Shown: positions 38,489-52,020 of the stretch, in pieces
Layout: each line of letters begins with the position of its first letter
Numbering within the stretch: the stretch's first letter is position 1
Assembly: GCA_047495785.1 (NCBI GenBank)
Contig: JBLDXI010000013.1
Location: forward strand, 2,418,001 to 2,482,000
Length of the DNA stretch: 64,000 nucleotides
Direction: 5' to 3'
Source of the DNA: Lepidodermella squamata
Lineage: Eukaryota; Animalia; Gastrotricha
Translations under genes and position numbers: made by a program
The notes under the pieces: model-generated
Database searches by the model: none
What the model was told of the DNA's origin: nothing
Seen by the model: the letters and a program-made list of their open reading frames with translations, nothing else

Positions 38489-39328
38489 GATCGGAATAAA
38501 ATGAATTGGAAATGTTCTTATAGAAACTAAAATGATCGAATGATACTTTGATCGAGCAAATCTCACGCTTTTATACACCGGCAACCATTGTCTTCTTCTG
38601 TTTGACACGTGGAATCACGGCGCGCTGCTGCGCCGATCGCCGGCACGTGCTAGCCTTGTTTTCGCCCTATTTTTCAAATTTCCAAAGTCATTGTTTACCA
38701 TCAATGTCAAGATTTAGGTTGTACGTTGTCCCAATTCAGAAAACATTTTGAATGTTCATCTTTACGAATGCATTTAATTCTTAATTTCCAATTTAAGACT
38801 TTAATAGCTCATTTATTGCCGGCTCGAGCTTTTGAAGTAGAATCCAGGTGCGATATGACTCATCTAGCCATAATCTATAACGGCAATTATTACTACCCGA
38901 TTCGAGACAAAAAGCGGCGGAATAAATACAGGTTTCAAGTGTAATAAAATGGCGAATTTTCGTGTTCCAGGCTTTTTTGTGCTATTTTTTCCGACGACTC
39001 ACCGTTATTTATACTACGCTGTTTTTTCCTCTCGGCTAGCATTAGGTTTAACCCTCGCCTTGCGTGACGCAAGATTTCCGGCGGGACCTGAACTGAGTCT
39101 GCAGTGGTGGAGATTGAAAAAATAATAGGCAGAAAAAAAGGAAAACCAACTCATACCCTGCGCACCTTCGAGTATGTGAATTTATCGATTTTGCTAAGAT
39201 TATTAATCACAACTCCCTCTTGGCGCAAAAAAAATATTAAAAAAAACAGCATTTTATTACTGCAAACTTTGGAAACTTATATGCCACATCGTAAAATCAG
39301 TTGAACACAAATTTTGTCCACCTTAAAA

Positions 39329-40694
39329 ATGGTAGCCAATAAGCGACTATTACAAGCTGCCTTCTTCACTTTTAACATGACAAATGGGGTGAGTACCAAT
39401 ATTTAAATCCTCATTTTTTTCAAAATCTATTCGAATTTATTAAGCTTGCTGCTCTGGTGTCGATTTTCGCTTGCGGCGTCGTTTGCCTGGCGCTGCAAAC
39501 CGGTTCCGTGTCTGTCATGGGATTTTACACCTACAGCTTGTTCATTCTCGAGCAATTATTCGTGGAAACTTCAATGATCAACGGCATTTCCATCATTCAT
39601 GGCGCCATTTTACTCATTGTTGTTTCGAGCCTGATTTTGCTGACGTCGATTTTCGGCCTGGCTATTCTCATCAGACCATGCCGGAAAGTCGGCATTGGAG
39701 TAATAATACGCATTAATAATGAAGCATAATTTTTCTAAATTCATGCATCCTTATAGCACATGGGATTGATCGCCTCAAATGCGATTTTACTTCTCGCCAT
39801 TGGATACTCAGGACTGGTCACCAATCACCACGTAAAAATTTCCTAACGTAAATTTGAAATTTTTTAGTATTAAAAATTTCAGGTCCAAACGTCGTTGAGA
39901 CCAAGGATGACAGGCTTGCAAAGCAGAATTCAGGCTTACGATAGAAAATATCTCAACCGAGCCGGTGAATTATTCCGCGAGCTTCAATCAACAGTATTTC
40001 CGGCTAATTTCGTCTGAATATAATTTTTTAAATTTCGCTACTTTTTCAGTGGCAATGTTGCGGCGTTTCGTCATCGTCAGAATGGCTATCAGACGTTCGC
40101 TGGTTTCAAATTAAATACAGCCAATATGCGACGTCGTTGAATGACGGCAGCCTGGTTTTCCCCGGTTGTACCTGGTTTGCAGCCAACGAATGCACATCGG
40201 TACCTCTGCCGGATGTTGGGATACCTTTCGCAGTACCGGTGTCAACTCGCGACTGTGTCCGGGCACCAATTTACGCAATTTACCCACGGGTAAGGATAGT
40301 TCAATGACTGATGATGGTCACCCTGTTATATCGATTTCCGCCATTTTCAGGGATGCAGCGACACGATGAAGGAAGAGATAAGCCGTTGTCTAAACACCCT
40401 GATAGGGGTGGCCTTCAGCTTTGCTTTCTATCAAGTGAGTAAATATATTACAACGATATGACCCTGCAGTCTCATTGGCCAAATTTTCAGGCATTGGGCC
40501 TAATGATTTCCCACTGCTTCATACGAGGAATGGCCGACATTCCAAGCAATAAGCGCTCAGCAGCAGCAGCAGCAGCAGCCGGACTGCCGCCGTTTTCCGG
40601 TGCCGCCTACCGCGCCGATGTGACGTCACCTGAAGGCCAAGCAGAGATCGCCGCTTTGTGCGCCGCCGTAATCCGAAGCAATGCGAAATTTTGA
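39329..40694 (+). CDS. Tetraspanin, divergent, copy 1 (7 exons)
   Basis: Four hydrophobic segments and ELQST|WQCCG in the large loop. Short GT-AG introns keep the frame. Confidence 0.75.
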
Positions 40695-42060
40695 TAAATT
40701 CTACCACTTCATCCGAAAAACGGAGCATGCCATTAAAAACTGTCCATCGAACATCTAAAATTTCGGTTACAAATCACTGATTAATTTTTCTTAAATTTAA
40801 TTTCTATTCAGGTGAATTTTTATTAATGAAAATTCTGGTAGTTTTTAACTGGTTTTTCACAATAAATTTAATAAAAAAAATAATGTTGCAAGACTCTTCC
40901 CTGACTTCTCGGATTGTTAAGAGCTTACCTATTGTAAAAATACGGACAAATAACAGCGGGATAGTTCCATTTATTAGGCACTCAAGAACCCCGCTGTGTG
41001 ACAGCGCTTTCGAGGTTATTTTATTTATTTATACCCCAGGCTCGCTCGAGCCGATGTCACTTGCTTTACATTACCAGTGTCTTGATGTTTACGTGGCGCG
41101 TTTGTCCAACACGCAACAGCCAGCCGCTAGCTGCCGATGAATATATGGCCCGCGTTTTGCGGCAGCCAAAGTACTGCAGTACGACAGTCAACGTATGTAT
41201 TTATAATTGTATGATGGCGACGCGTGAGACAACAATGCCCCCGTCGCCTTTGTACCTGTACCTATCTTAAAGCCGCTCGCGCGCACGATGCCAAACGCTC
41301 AGGTTCTTCACCCGCTTGCGCTCACAACTCTCGCAAGGCAGCGCTCATCGGTCAGTTCTACGTTTGCTCTACATATATGTAGGTACATACACCACATCCA
41401 CACGCACATACGTACATACGTTTTAAACAGCCGCTGCAGTTGCAGTCTCGTTTTACCCCGGCGTTACCCATATTAGTTTCATTTGTTGCTCATGTAACCA
41501 GTTTTTCGCCCACATAATTAATTGCGGCTGTTTTTTATTTCGGATTTCCCGCTTGTCAATTATAAATTTTCTTTATTTTTTTTTAAATTAAGGTATTACA
41601 TTCTGTCCTTATCCATACATTTTCTCAGAAATTTCTTTAGCATTTGGTATTATAATTGCGGTTACCTAAAAAAAATAATAAAATTTGTAAGATTTAAGAT
41701 TTAAGGCAACAGGCCGGCATATTGTCCAGAAGGCGAAACCAAAAAAATGCTTTCACTGTTTTTACAATGCTAGCCCATGATTAAGATTTACAGCTATAGT
41801 ATATCTGCTGAATAATGCTCAGGTCACCGGTGTCTTCATCTCGGCTCGGTCGTAATAAAAGGCTTAGAACGACTATCATACCTGAACATTTTGACTTGAA
41901 ATATATCACATGCAGAACTACCTACCATACCACACGTATATGCAATTAATACCTTTCGCGAATTTTTTTTTTAATATTTCCTATAAACAAATTTATTTGG
42001 CGTAATTTAGATTTTTATTTATTAGACTAATTGTGGGGATTGAGGTGAGGCAAACGCGAC

Positions 42061-43188
42061 ATGACTTCGTTGGCCTTTCATCGATTTCTGAAGGCACTAC
42101 TATGGCTCTTCAACATCATCTATGGGGTAAAAATTTCAAGGGAATTTCTTAATTTTCATAAATTTCATAATGACCTGACAGTTATTCGGCTTCATCTCGC
42201 TGGTATGCGGCGCTTCGGCCTTGGCGCTTCTCCACACCAGCGCCATGAGCATCATCCACGAGTGGGTCGGCGCCTACGGTGTGTTCGGCAACAAATCTCT
42301 CGTCGCCAGCGCCGGTCTCCTCACTGCCGTCAGCATCTTCATCCTCCTTACCTCGATTTTGGGCTGCATTGTCCTGGTGAACTACAGCCGATGCTCATTT
42401 ATTACGGTAAATTTTTTAATATAAAATCAATTTGTTTTGCTATTTTTTTATTTAATAGTACATCGTCCTAATTTCTTTCATAATGGTTCTGCAATTTGCG
42501 GCGGCAATATCGTCGATTACTCTCAGCACTCAGGTGCCTGATAATGTCAGCTCGAAGCTGAAAGCTGTTCAGAATTTAACTAAAGGAATAGACATCAACT
42601 CAGATTCACCCGCGTTACTCTTCAAAAACATTCAGGAAACTGTAAGCCTAAATCAGGATATATTTTATATAGCGATAAATAATTATTTTCCGATTTTTAG
42701 TGGCAATGCTGCGGTGTTCTCAGCCATAAGGAGTGGATTCAGAACGTGACGTGGTTCAGGCAAAAGTATGGCGCTTTTGCTTTGAACAATTCAGAGCGAG
42801 TCTATGGCTTCGTGGGCTGTTGTATGACTGATCACATGGAGTCGTGCAGGTACGACCATGAGGACCTCGTCGCGACTCCAGATTGCTGTACAGGCCCCAT
42901 CTTAAATGGAATGAACCCTGTGAGTTTTTCAAAATTAGTTAAGTATTATATTCATCGCTATCTTTTTTCAGCCTTGTACTACCGTGATTAGCAACCGTTT
43001 GCTTCATTCCTTGAGCATTGTTGCCGGTGCAAGTATGACCTTCGCATTTTTAGAGGTAAAATTTCGCGAAGAAATGCTGAATTATTTGAAATAATGTCAT
43101 TTCTCCCCAGATTTTCGGCCTAGTCGTATCCTGCCTATACATAAGATCGATAGACTATTTAGGCAAATCTGGAATCGAAAGGCTTTAG
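42061..43188 (+). CDS. Tetraspanin, copy 2 (6 exons)
   Basis: KALLWLFNIIYG, ILGC, IQET|WQCCG, PDCC, fourth TM helix. Confidence 0.8.
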
Positions 43189-43804
43189 ATTACGCGGGCT
43201 TTACCTTCGAAGCTGCTTCAAATATATACCGATTATTGCAATTTTACCTATTTCGTTTACGGTCTACGCCCTTCTTCTTTGTGAGCGAAACTCTCTCATA
43301 TCTCTCTGGAACAGTTATACCGTGTTGAATAAATTGTTGAATAAAGGAACGATCTTCAGGCCATTTTTAACCTTATTATATCCAGTATCAGATAAAAAAA
43401 TTTGCCGCTAGATATTTTTTCGGACTTTTGGCTCTGACGTCATACGGATCTGCAGCAGCGATATGGCAGCGTTCCAGGACGGCGGCTAATTGCATCACGC
43501 GGTGCTCGTTTTAGCCGACAATTTCGATAAAAAAAGTAATACGCTCGCAGGAAGTGCAAGAAGGTTGCTTTCTCACAAAAGATAAAAAGAAAGCAAAATT
43601 CGCTAACTAGCGCCAAACATTTTCCGCAGCACCGGTGTGGCACGCCCCTTAAAACAATCACACGAAATTCGTGAGCAGCTATGGCCAACGTTGACGTAAT
43701 TGAAGCGCAAGATAAGCCGCGCTATCAGCAACTTCAGGTTATTTAAACTCCATCCAAACGCGGGTAATTCATCTTCAGCAATCTTCAGTTTAATTAACGA
43801 AAAA

Positions 43805-44477
43805 ATGAACACAGTTGCTTTTGTTCTGTTTGGAGCTTTTGTTGCCGTTGCGTCGGCTAGGCCAATCGATTTCGCTTTTCCAAGTAAGGTTCAGTTCAAT
43901 GTAACCCAGAATGGTGTTTTCTACAACGTTCGAGCTACTCTCGAGGCGTGCTCGAAGAATGCGATTGACGAGTCGATCTTGAAAATCAACAAAATCAGTC
44001 TCCCGGACGTAATCCTACTGCCCGGCCAGCTTACCGTCGACTACAACGCTGATTTGTTGAAGGAGCTCGAAAACGTGGCCGTCGATGTCAAACTGGAAAA
44101 GAAAGTTGGCCTCTGGGTCAAGATTCCTTGCACTAAAAACTTGGGCTCCTGCGTATACGACGATGTCTGCAAGATGTACCGCGAATCTGAGGATAAGGCT
44201 AAGATCGATGAAATCATCAAGGCCATCGGCATTCCCGGCATCTGCCCATTCGTTGCAGGCCACTACGAAGGCTCATTCAGCTACGACCTTCCCTCGCTAC
44301 CAATCGGGTAAGAATTATAGCACAAACGAAGATGAAAACCTAGAATAATTTGGTTTCGAATATTACAGAGTTCCGCTTTTGGTCAATGGCAGGTACCGCG
44401 CTGAAATCAAGCTGAAGATCTTTGGAGAGAAAAGGGAGTTTGCATGCCTCAAGACTGAGGTCGAGATTAAGGGGTAA
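43805..44477 (+). CDS. GM2-activator-like ML-domain lipid-binding protein 1 (exons 43805-44307, 44369-44477)
   Basis: Signal peptide, WVKIPCTKNLGSCVYDDVC, CPFVAGHY, NGRYR. Confidence 0.85.
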
Positions 44478-44639
44478 ATAAGCTGACGGATCGCTTAGAA
44501 ATGACTGAAAATGTTACTACTTTGCATAAAACATGAAATTTGGTTATTTTAATCAAAATAAAACGCTTTTCTTATTTGCCGGTTATGACTTTCGAGGTAG
44601 TATCAAAATAAGAAAAACAAACCAAAAACCAATCTTCTA

Positions 44640-44816
44640 CAGGGTGGCCAAAAAATTCCGCAGAAGGCGAAATCGATGCGCATCAATTTAATGAGAAGTT
44701 TTAAGAAGTTGAAGAACTTCAAGCATTCATTTGCCAATGGAACTTCTCAATTTCTTGAAACACTCCTCATTTATGCGCATCGAATTCGCCTTCTGCGGAA
44801 TTTTTTGGCCACCCTG
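44640..44816. mobile_element. Tc1/mariner-type MITE (177 bp)
   Basis: TA flanks; near-perfect TIR of about 45 bp, CAGGGTGGCCAAAAAATTCCGCAGAAGGCGAA. Confidence 0.88.
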
Positions 44817-45796
44817 TATGGGCTGCCGTGGAATGTTGGAAACATTGCTGAAATAGCTGAAATAGCAGGTGTGCCACCAAAATAGCAGGAAATGTTAAGC
44901 CAGGTTGAGACAAATACCAAGAACAGGCTTTTATACATGTATGTCTTCTTATCGTGGTTTCCACACAAAATTGATCGAAATTATCAACATCTCATCTTGG
45001 TAGAATAAGAATTTGAATAAGAATGCCAGCTTTTAACCCTTTTTCATAATTCACTTCAGCTTAGGAAACTTTAGCTGCTCATGGCGCTTATAAGGAGGAG
45101 TGTATATTGGCCGTTTGCCTCGCTTTGCCTCTAATACCATGCGCCTAATCCTTTATTATTTGTACAAGCTATTTCCTCTTCTCTAAAAGTTAAAATCCGC
45201 TAAGTTACTATGCATATAGTACACCAAATTTTCGCGTCTGACTGGAAAAACAAGATACCAAGACTAGACCAGCCCACCTGAATGCTCAAGCCAAGAGCTA
45301 ATAAACGAAAGGTGAGCACATTGATGTGACGTAGTCGCACACCAGCTGCCGCTCTTAGAAAGCACGGCTTCACGCTTTGAGCCAGCATCCCCAATGACCA
45401 CCACGAGTTCGCTGAGGACAGGCAAAGGTAGGATTCGAGGTAGTATTCGATAAAATACGGTAATGAAAAAAGATTTAAAACCCGAAATACAAATTATTAT
45501 AATTCGTATAATAAGATCGTAAGATAATTTGTGTCGCCGAAATACAAAATTGAGGGGCTATGTTGAGGCTTCAGAAAAAGCTATCTATAGATAGGCCACC
45601 TTCCCTTAGCCAGTGTCAATCATAACAACTGCTATTGTTGTGACTAAAACTGCTATTCGAAATTTTGGGAAATTCGAAAATTAATTGGCGGTGAATCGTT
45701 CATTTTAATGTTTTGGAAGCGACTGAACGCGGGGCTACTATTAGGAATGGGCGATTATTAGCGACTGGGCTAATATTGGAATAAATCGTGGAGACC

Positions 45797-45955
45797 CTTT
45801 TTACCCTGGCCATGATGGCGCCATGCACCAAGGAAGTTAAACCCGACCAACCTCACCTCGCAAGCCCGTAATATTTCAGAACGAAACATTTGTCAGTGCT
45901 GGCGTGGTACGTGAATGAAAATGAATCCGCAATCCGCCGCGTGTGAAAAATAGCG
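45797..45955 (+). promoter_or_regulatory. Conserved non-coding element upstream of GM2A-like 2 (homologous to 50316-50452)
   Basis: Shared colinear blocks TGATGGCGCCAT, CACCTCGC, AATATTT, CAGTGCTG, TACGTGAATGA.AATGAATCCGC and GTGAAAAATA. Confidence 0.6.
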
Positions 45956-46248
45956 CACGAAGTGGAGCAAAAAGGAAACAGGCAGGAAGTGCAGCAAAGA
46001 TTGCTTTGTCGCAGATAGCGGTAGCGCAATTCTCGCTATATCCAGTACAACATTTTTTCCGCAGCACCGGCGTGGCACTGCCACACCACGCCCTTTAAAA
46101 CAATCGCCAAATTTGTCAGCTGACATGGCGAACGTTGACGCAATTGAAGCGCAATTAAAGATACGCGCTATCAGCAACTTCAGGTTATTTAAACTCCATC
46201 CAAACGCGAGTCATTCATATTCAGCAAACCAATTCAAATAACGAAAAA

Positions 46249-46911
46249 ATGAACACAGTTGCTTTTGTTCTGTTTGGTGCTTTCGTTGCCGTTGCGTCGG
46301 CTAGGCCAATCGATTTCGCTTTTCCGGGCAGCGTTCAGTTCAATCTAACCCAACGTGGCGTTTCCTACAACGTTCGTGCTGAAGTCAGCCAATGCGGTGG
46401 TGATGCATCGCACATGAAAATCACTAGCCTCGACATCCCAGCAACCGTTACCCTACCCGGCCCGCTTACTATCGGTTACAACGTTGACTTGTTCAAGGAG
46501 TTGGAAAACGTCGCCATCGACCTTAAACTCGACAAGAAAGTTGGCTTATGGATCACGATGCCATGCGTTTCCAACATAGGCACCTGCGTATACGACGATA
46601 TCTGCAAGCTGTACCGCGATTCTGAGGATAAGGAAAAGATCGATGAAATCATCAAGGATATCGGCATTCCCGGCATTTGCCCCTTCGTTGTCGGCCACTA
46701 TGAAGGCAAATACACCATCGACCTTCCTGAGCTACCTTCCGCGTAAGTTTGAGATCAATTACTGATGAAAAACATTTTATAATTTGGTTTCGAATGTTAC
46801 AGAATCGCACTGTTGGCCTCGGGCCAGTACCGCGTTGAAGCCAAGGTCATGCCGTTTGGAGAGAAGCGCGTGATTGCTTGTATCAAGGCTTCCGTCACGA
46901 TTAAAGCTTAA
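46249..46911 (+). CDS. GM2-activator-like ML-domain protein 2 (exons 46249-46742, 46803-46911)
   Basis: N-terminus identical to copy 1; WITMPCVSNIGTCVYDDIC, CPFVVGHY. Confidence 0.85.
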
Positions 46912-47087
46912 CGATTGATTGCGGCATGGGTTGCAAATTTTCTTAGTACGCATAAAACAATGAAAATAAAATTTTTTGATATCTGCCAGCTTCAACTTTT
47001 GATTGAGAGTTTGGAGCTGTAAAACTCTATTAATTCTATAGAATGCGAAATCAACCTTTTCACCTATTTAATACAATGGAAGGTTCA

Positions 47088-48300
47088 TGCGCTAACTGAG
47101 CAGCGCTAACCAACATTTGCGCACGACATTTGCGCTAACGAAAACTGCGCTAAAACCAAAAACAACATTTGCGCTAACGTCAATTGCGCTTAAAATGTGC
47201 GCTAAATTTATAAGCGACATTTGCGCCAACTTAACTAATTAACTAATTTATATATTACCCTAACGTACCGTATATCACCCGAATTAAGCGACAGTCTCAT
47301 AAGAAAGACAGCGGTTTCAAATACTGTATATCTACTAATTTTCGGTGGTCACTAATTTTCGGTTTGATCTTTGAATTCGGTGTTTTTGAGGAAACACCGA
47401 ATTCAAAATCACCGAAAATAAATTCGTCCAATTTATAGTTCTTTCTACAATACAGCTTATCATGGTAAAGTAGGGTAAAATGTGCCGAAATTGTGTTACC
47501 TGCAATTTTAGGTAGTAAGGACATTGGAAGCAGCAGATATTGACGCTGCTAAAGCAGTGATTATCTCCTCGTAGCTTGTAAAAACACGAAATCGAACTCA
47601 ATGCATTTTTAAGCACTGAAATCAATTTTTAAGTGACTAATTTCGAATTTTTTGCTCAGGATCTACTCTCAAACCGAATTCAAATCCACCGAAATTAAAA
47701 GTACAGGTCCGAAATCTCCAAAACCGAAAATTAGTGACCACCGAAAATTAGTAGATATACAGTATTCAAAAAACCATTTATTTCGGGTAATTTGGTAGTC
47801 AGTGCCGGATCATTTCTCGAGATAATGACCACCGTCAAATTTTGACCTGCCCCCCAGCGGCCCTTTGATGTTAAGGGTCATCCTCCCCTGGCCCCTCCCC
47901 CTAGGCTTTGATCTGAGGTGTCAGTATTTTCATCGGCCCCTAGGCAGCCGCCTCCTTTGCCTGGGAATGGATGGTAGTATGATAGCTGGAAACTGGAAAC
48001 CGCGTAAACGGGGCAATAAGCACATAATAGGCGTGCCGTCCATTTATGGGATTGCTGTGCCATGCGGGAAGAATCCTTAAAAAACGCTTTTGAAAAAACT
48101 TGGCTCCTTTTATGCACCCTTAAATAAATAATATTATTGATTGCAAATTATTTTTTATGGCAGTAATGATTATATTAGTTAATTTTAAAACAGTAGTATG
48201 GAATAAGTAATATATTTAGTGCAATTGACGATAGCGCAAATGTCGGATTTTCATTTGGTGCAGAGTTTTTAGCGCAGTTGTCGTTGGCGCAAATGACGCC
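47088..48300. mobile_element. Degenerate inverted-repeat element with CATTTGCGCTAA subterminal repeats, hosting a nested MITE
   Basis: catttgcgctaacgaaaactgcgctaaaa at about 47127-47155 is mirrored by ttttagcgcagttgtcgttggcgcaaatg at about 48267-48295. Exact ends and TSD not resolved. Confidence 0.5.
47324..47762. mobile_element. TA-flanked MITE (Tc1/pogo-like, 439 bp)
   Basis: TIR of about 42 bp, CTGTATATCTACTAATTTTCGGTGGTCACTAATTTTCGGTTT, with its exact reverse complement; TA on both sides. Confidence 0.88.
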
Positions 48301-50315
48301 ATACGCATTGGAATCGCATGGCATTATCTCAGGACGTTGGATGAATTTTGATAAAACAATTAATCGATGAATATTGACGTAGGCTTATAAAATTTCAAAA
48401 TTGATAAATGACCAATAACAATTTGTTTTATTTATCCTATCTTTCGTCCTAAGCTAGTTGGGTTTGTACCTTCAACGTTTTTTCGCAACCTTTGCTTGTC
48501 GTAGAAATTATATCAGCGTTTCTGGGAGTTATCGTCTTTGCCCTCGTTACGCTGTCAAAAATAAACTGACTCGCGACTTATGGCCCTTTGCCAATGTAAA
48601 TAAATTCCTATACCAAGTTTATTTTGGGGGTCAATTTTTATTATAGCTATTTCAAGGTCAGCGATATAAAATAGAAAATATATCGATATAAAAGTCGGAA
48701 AAGTCGAAGCGTTAAATTATTTCGCTTTTGAGCGCAGGTGACATCCAACTTAATTGTGGCTAGAACCGATAATAACGAAATAACCTGCTGTCGGAAATTA
48801 TACCGTGATATATTTTTGACAATTTTCAGCGTAAAATCTATCACAACCTGGGCTGTGATTTAGACCCCATTTCGACAAATCTAACCTAAAGCTCTGCTTC
48901 GGTCTACGGATATCTGACAAGATAGCGAGAAATGCCGGATTTGTAATTTACCTAACCTAACTAACCTTCAAAGGATAGATTAACCTAGATCATGGATCAA
49001 GGATTGCCACCTTTTTTCGCAGAAGGGACGGCGAAAAACTTTAATACAAATCCAAATGCTGAAAATCAAAATTGAATGGCGAATGACAAGTGGTGAAGCA
49101 TGAATGTTGACCATGATCCCAGTTTTCCTTGTGTTTAACTGAAACTTACAATAGGAAGTCATGCGACAAAGCTGGTAGGAGAATACCAGGTGCTAATGAC
49201 AAAACGCGGAAAAATCAGAGAAACCAAGAGCCAGATGAAAGTTTAATTTTTTCTTAACTAGTTTTTAGCGTTGAATTAGTTAGCTGCTGGAAACAAGTTG
49301 AATCATAGGGAACCATGCGACGTCGCTAGGTCGCCGAAGCCTGAATCCTATCTGGCATATCTTCCCGCGCATAAATATTGTGAATCTACCGCTTATTGAG
49401 CAGCAAGGAAGTTATATTTCCCGGATTCATGCAGGGGAGGAGGAGAATACAGGAAGTAGAGACCACCTCAATCAGGCTCATATTTTATACCGAAATTAAT
49501 TGCCAGCAAAAAAACGAAGTTGAGGGGCTATTCGGTGGCATTTGCAAATTCGACCAGCTCGAAAGCTCCTCAGCTCGAATTTGATGGCAATCAGTAAAAA
49601 CTGATCTTGCGAAAACAAATTGAATATAAAACCACATAAACGACCGATGAGGGGGAAAAGAAAGTCTCAACACGGTAACATCTCTGGTAATTAACGATAT
49701 TCTATGAGCCCGATCGGGTTTCGAAACCCTCCTGGACCTCCCTAGGAATTAGGAATTGCATCAAAATTAGTTGCGGTGTTGCGATTCAAGTGGAAATCTT
49801 CATCGATTTCCTCCATTCCTCAATTAATATACTTTCTTTGTCCTTTCAGCGCCTTTTCACCACTACATTCCTCGCGAATTTGCGACCGAGCGAGAAGATA
49901 TTGATATTTTGAACGTTGAATATTGTTTCAACTCACCTGGCCAAAGTGTGTTCGCTAAAATTATCAAGGTTCTTACGCAAATCGGTATATTGATGGTTCA
50001 CCTGCAATTGAAATACTTGTATTATATGTGTCAACTTTTTGCCAATTGTTTTTACCTCCAAGCGCGGTATAAACCGTCGGCGCATTGGGTCACAACTTGG
50101 CTGGTCAAGCCGCAAATTCGAAATGCGGAACTACAACAAGGCTTCGGAAAAAGCTTCCTAGGCCAGGATTTCTGATTAAGTCGAAAAACGGCAATCTTTG
50201 GGCTATTAATAATTTTATCAGAAAACTAGTCGACAAATGAGCTATATTGGTGACATGCGCAGTTGAAAATAATCGTGCTGGATGATTTTATTATCAATAA
50301 TTAACGTCGGGAAAC

Positions 50316-50452
50316 ATTTTACCCCGGGCGTGATGGCGCCATCGAAAGTTGAACTCGACTAACCCCACCTCGCTATTCCGCAATATTTTACACCGAAACA
50401 CTTGCCAGTGCTGACGTACGTGAATGAGAATGAATCCGCGTGAAAAATAACG
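50316..50452 (+). promoter_or_regulatory. Conserved non-coding element upstream of GM2A-like 3
   Basis: Homologous to 45797-45955; followed by GATA-type sites (AGATAAG, TTATC) and TATTTAA. Confidence 0.6.
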
Positions 50453-50593
50453 TGATCACGCCGTCGTCGGCTCCGAGAGATAAGGCGACATTTCTTTATC
50501 AGCAGTCAACCAAGACGAGGCGTATTTAAGTAAGCTAAAAGCTCGCAATAATCTGTCTTCAAATCAGTCAAAAACGTCATTTTCTCTTTCATC

Positions 50594-51386
50594 ATGAAAT
50601 CATTCGTTGCTCTCGCTGTCCTGTTGGCCGTCGCCTTCGCCGATCCGATCGAATTGCCGGATGAGGCCGAAAACTACGAGCTGATGTCTGGCGCTGCCAG
50701 GCTCTACAAAGCCAACTTCACCGCCCCGGTCGTCTATGCCGATCGCGCAAAAATGGCCTCTTATTCAATCTGTTTGTTTTGCTTAGCAATTTGACCCTTT
50801 TTTATGTCAATTTTTCTTTATTATTTGAAGGCGGTGGTGATGGATCAATCAAGCTAGAAGGCCTTCAGCTTCCCTATACCATCAGCCTTCCTGGAACCCT
50901 GCCCCTTGGCATCGATCTTCTGGAGCTTACCCGCATATACGAAAACTTCGCCGTCGATCTCAAGATCGAGAAGAAGGCCGGTATCTGGATCACTGCTCCA
51001 TGCCTAAACCTCGGCAGTAGCCAACTTGGTTCTTGCACCTACCCCGACATTTGCGCTCTTTTCAAAGTCGCACTCGAAAGCGAAACGGAATCCGGAATCA
51101 TCAAGTTCGTCACCGATTTGCTTGGCATTCCAGTCGAAAGCCTGTGCCCGTTCCTGGCCATCAGACTCGAGAAGATTTCGGCCTCTTTCGATCTACCCAG
51201 CGTAGATGTCGGCGGAATGTAAATATTAAATGTAATTCAATCCACTGATTCAACCATTTTGCCTTTTTCAGTGCTAGCTTTTTCGCCTCCGGCAAGTACA
51301 GGGCTAAGGTCACAATCAAGGATCCCACTGCTGGTGGTCGCGTCATTTTCTGCCTCTCCATCAGTGAAGTCGAGCTGAAAATGTAG
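50594..51386 (+). CDS. GM2-activator-like ML-domain protein 3, more divergent (3 exons)
   Basis: Signal peptide MKSFVALAVLLAVAFA; WITAPCLNLGSSQLGSCTYPDIC, LCPF, SGKYR. Confidence 0.8.
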
Positions 51387-51721
51387 ACGATTCGAGATAT
51401 AGAGTGATTAACTGCTGATTGCTGACTTTGTTTGTATTTATTGCAATAAAATAACGATGATGTGAAGTCGACATCGCTTGAAGTACAAGTCGCACGATTC
51501 TGGCCCAAGGCTGAGGGAGTATTTAATTAATCGATCACTTGGGATCATAAATTACTAGTTAGATTGATTCATCTGAAGAAAAATCAGAAGTAAAAATGCA
51601 ATTGATTGAGTGAAACTGCGTTGATTTTCCAACAAATTATTTCCAGAAAAATTAGGACTGATCGCTATAATGTTGGCCGCGGAAACTTTGCCTTTAGCCT
51701 CTAGCGAGTGCTGCTTTTCAC

Positions 51722-52020
51722 ATACAGTGGATTTAGTAGTTCGGACTTGCATGCCGGACTTCGCATAATGCGGACACTAGAGCCAAAATCGTGGGAATTA
51801 CATATAGAAAGATTGCATTATATCCGGACAGCCCGGACTTTTCGTAATTCGGACAATTTCATAAGTCCGGATTATGGAAAAATTAGCCTAAAAAAGGGCA
51901 AACCACATGCAAACCCGAGTATCCTAAGGTTTCAAAATACTGAAAATAATCGGTATATACAAATGGGACCCCAAATATTACTCCTGCCGGACAAGTCCGG
52001 TTTGTTTTTACCTGGTAATA
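51722..52020. repeat. Degenerate MITE-like remnant with CCGGAC repeats
   Basis: TACAGTGG start, about eight (C/T)CGGAC / GTCCGG motifs in both orientations. No clean right TIR. Confidence 0.35.

Noticed and set aside
47871-48080. Small TTAA-GG...CC-TTAA element
   Set aside because: The inverted match beyond TTAAGG is too weak to support.
49396-49584. Transposase remnant (KNEVEGLFG resembling an R/K-x-x-x-E motif)
   Set aside because: Too short, with no other DDE motifs or element ends.
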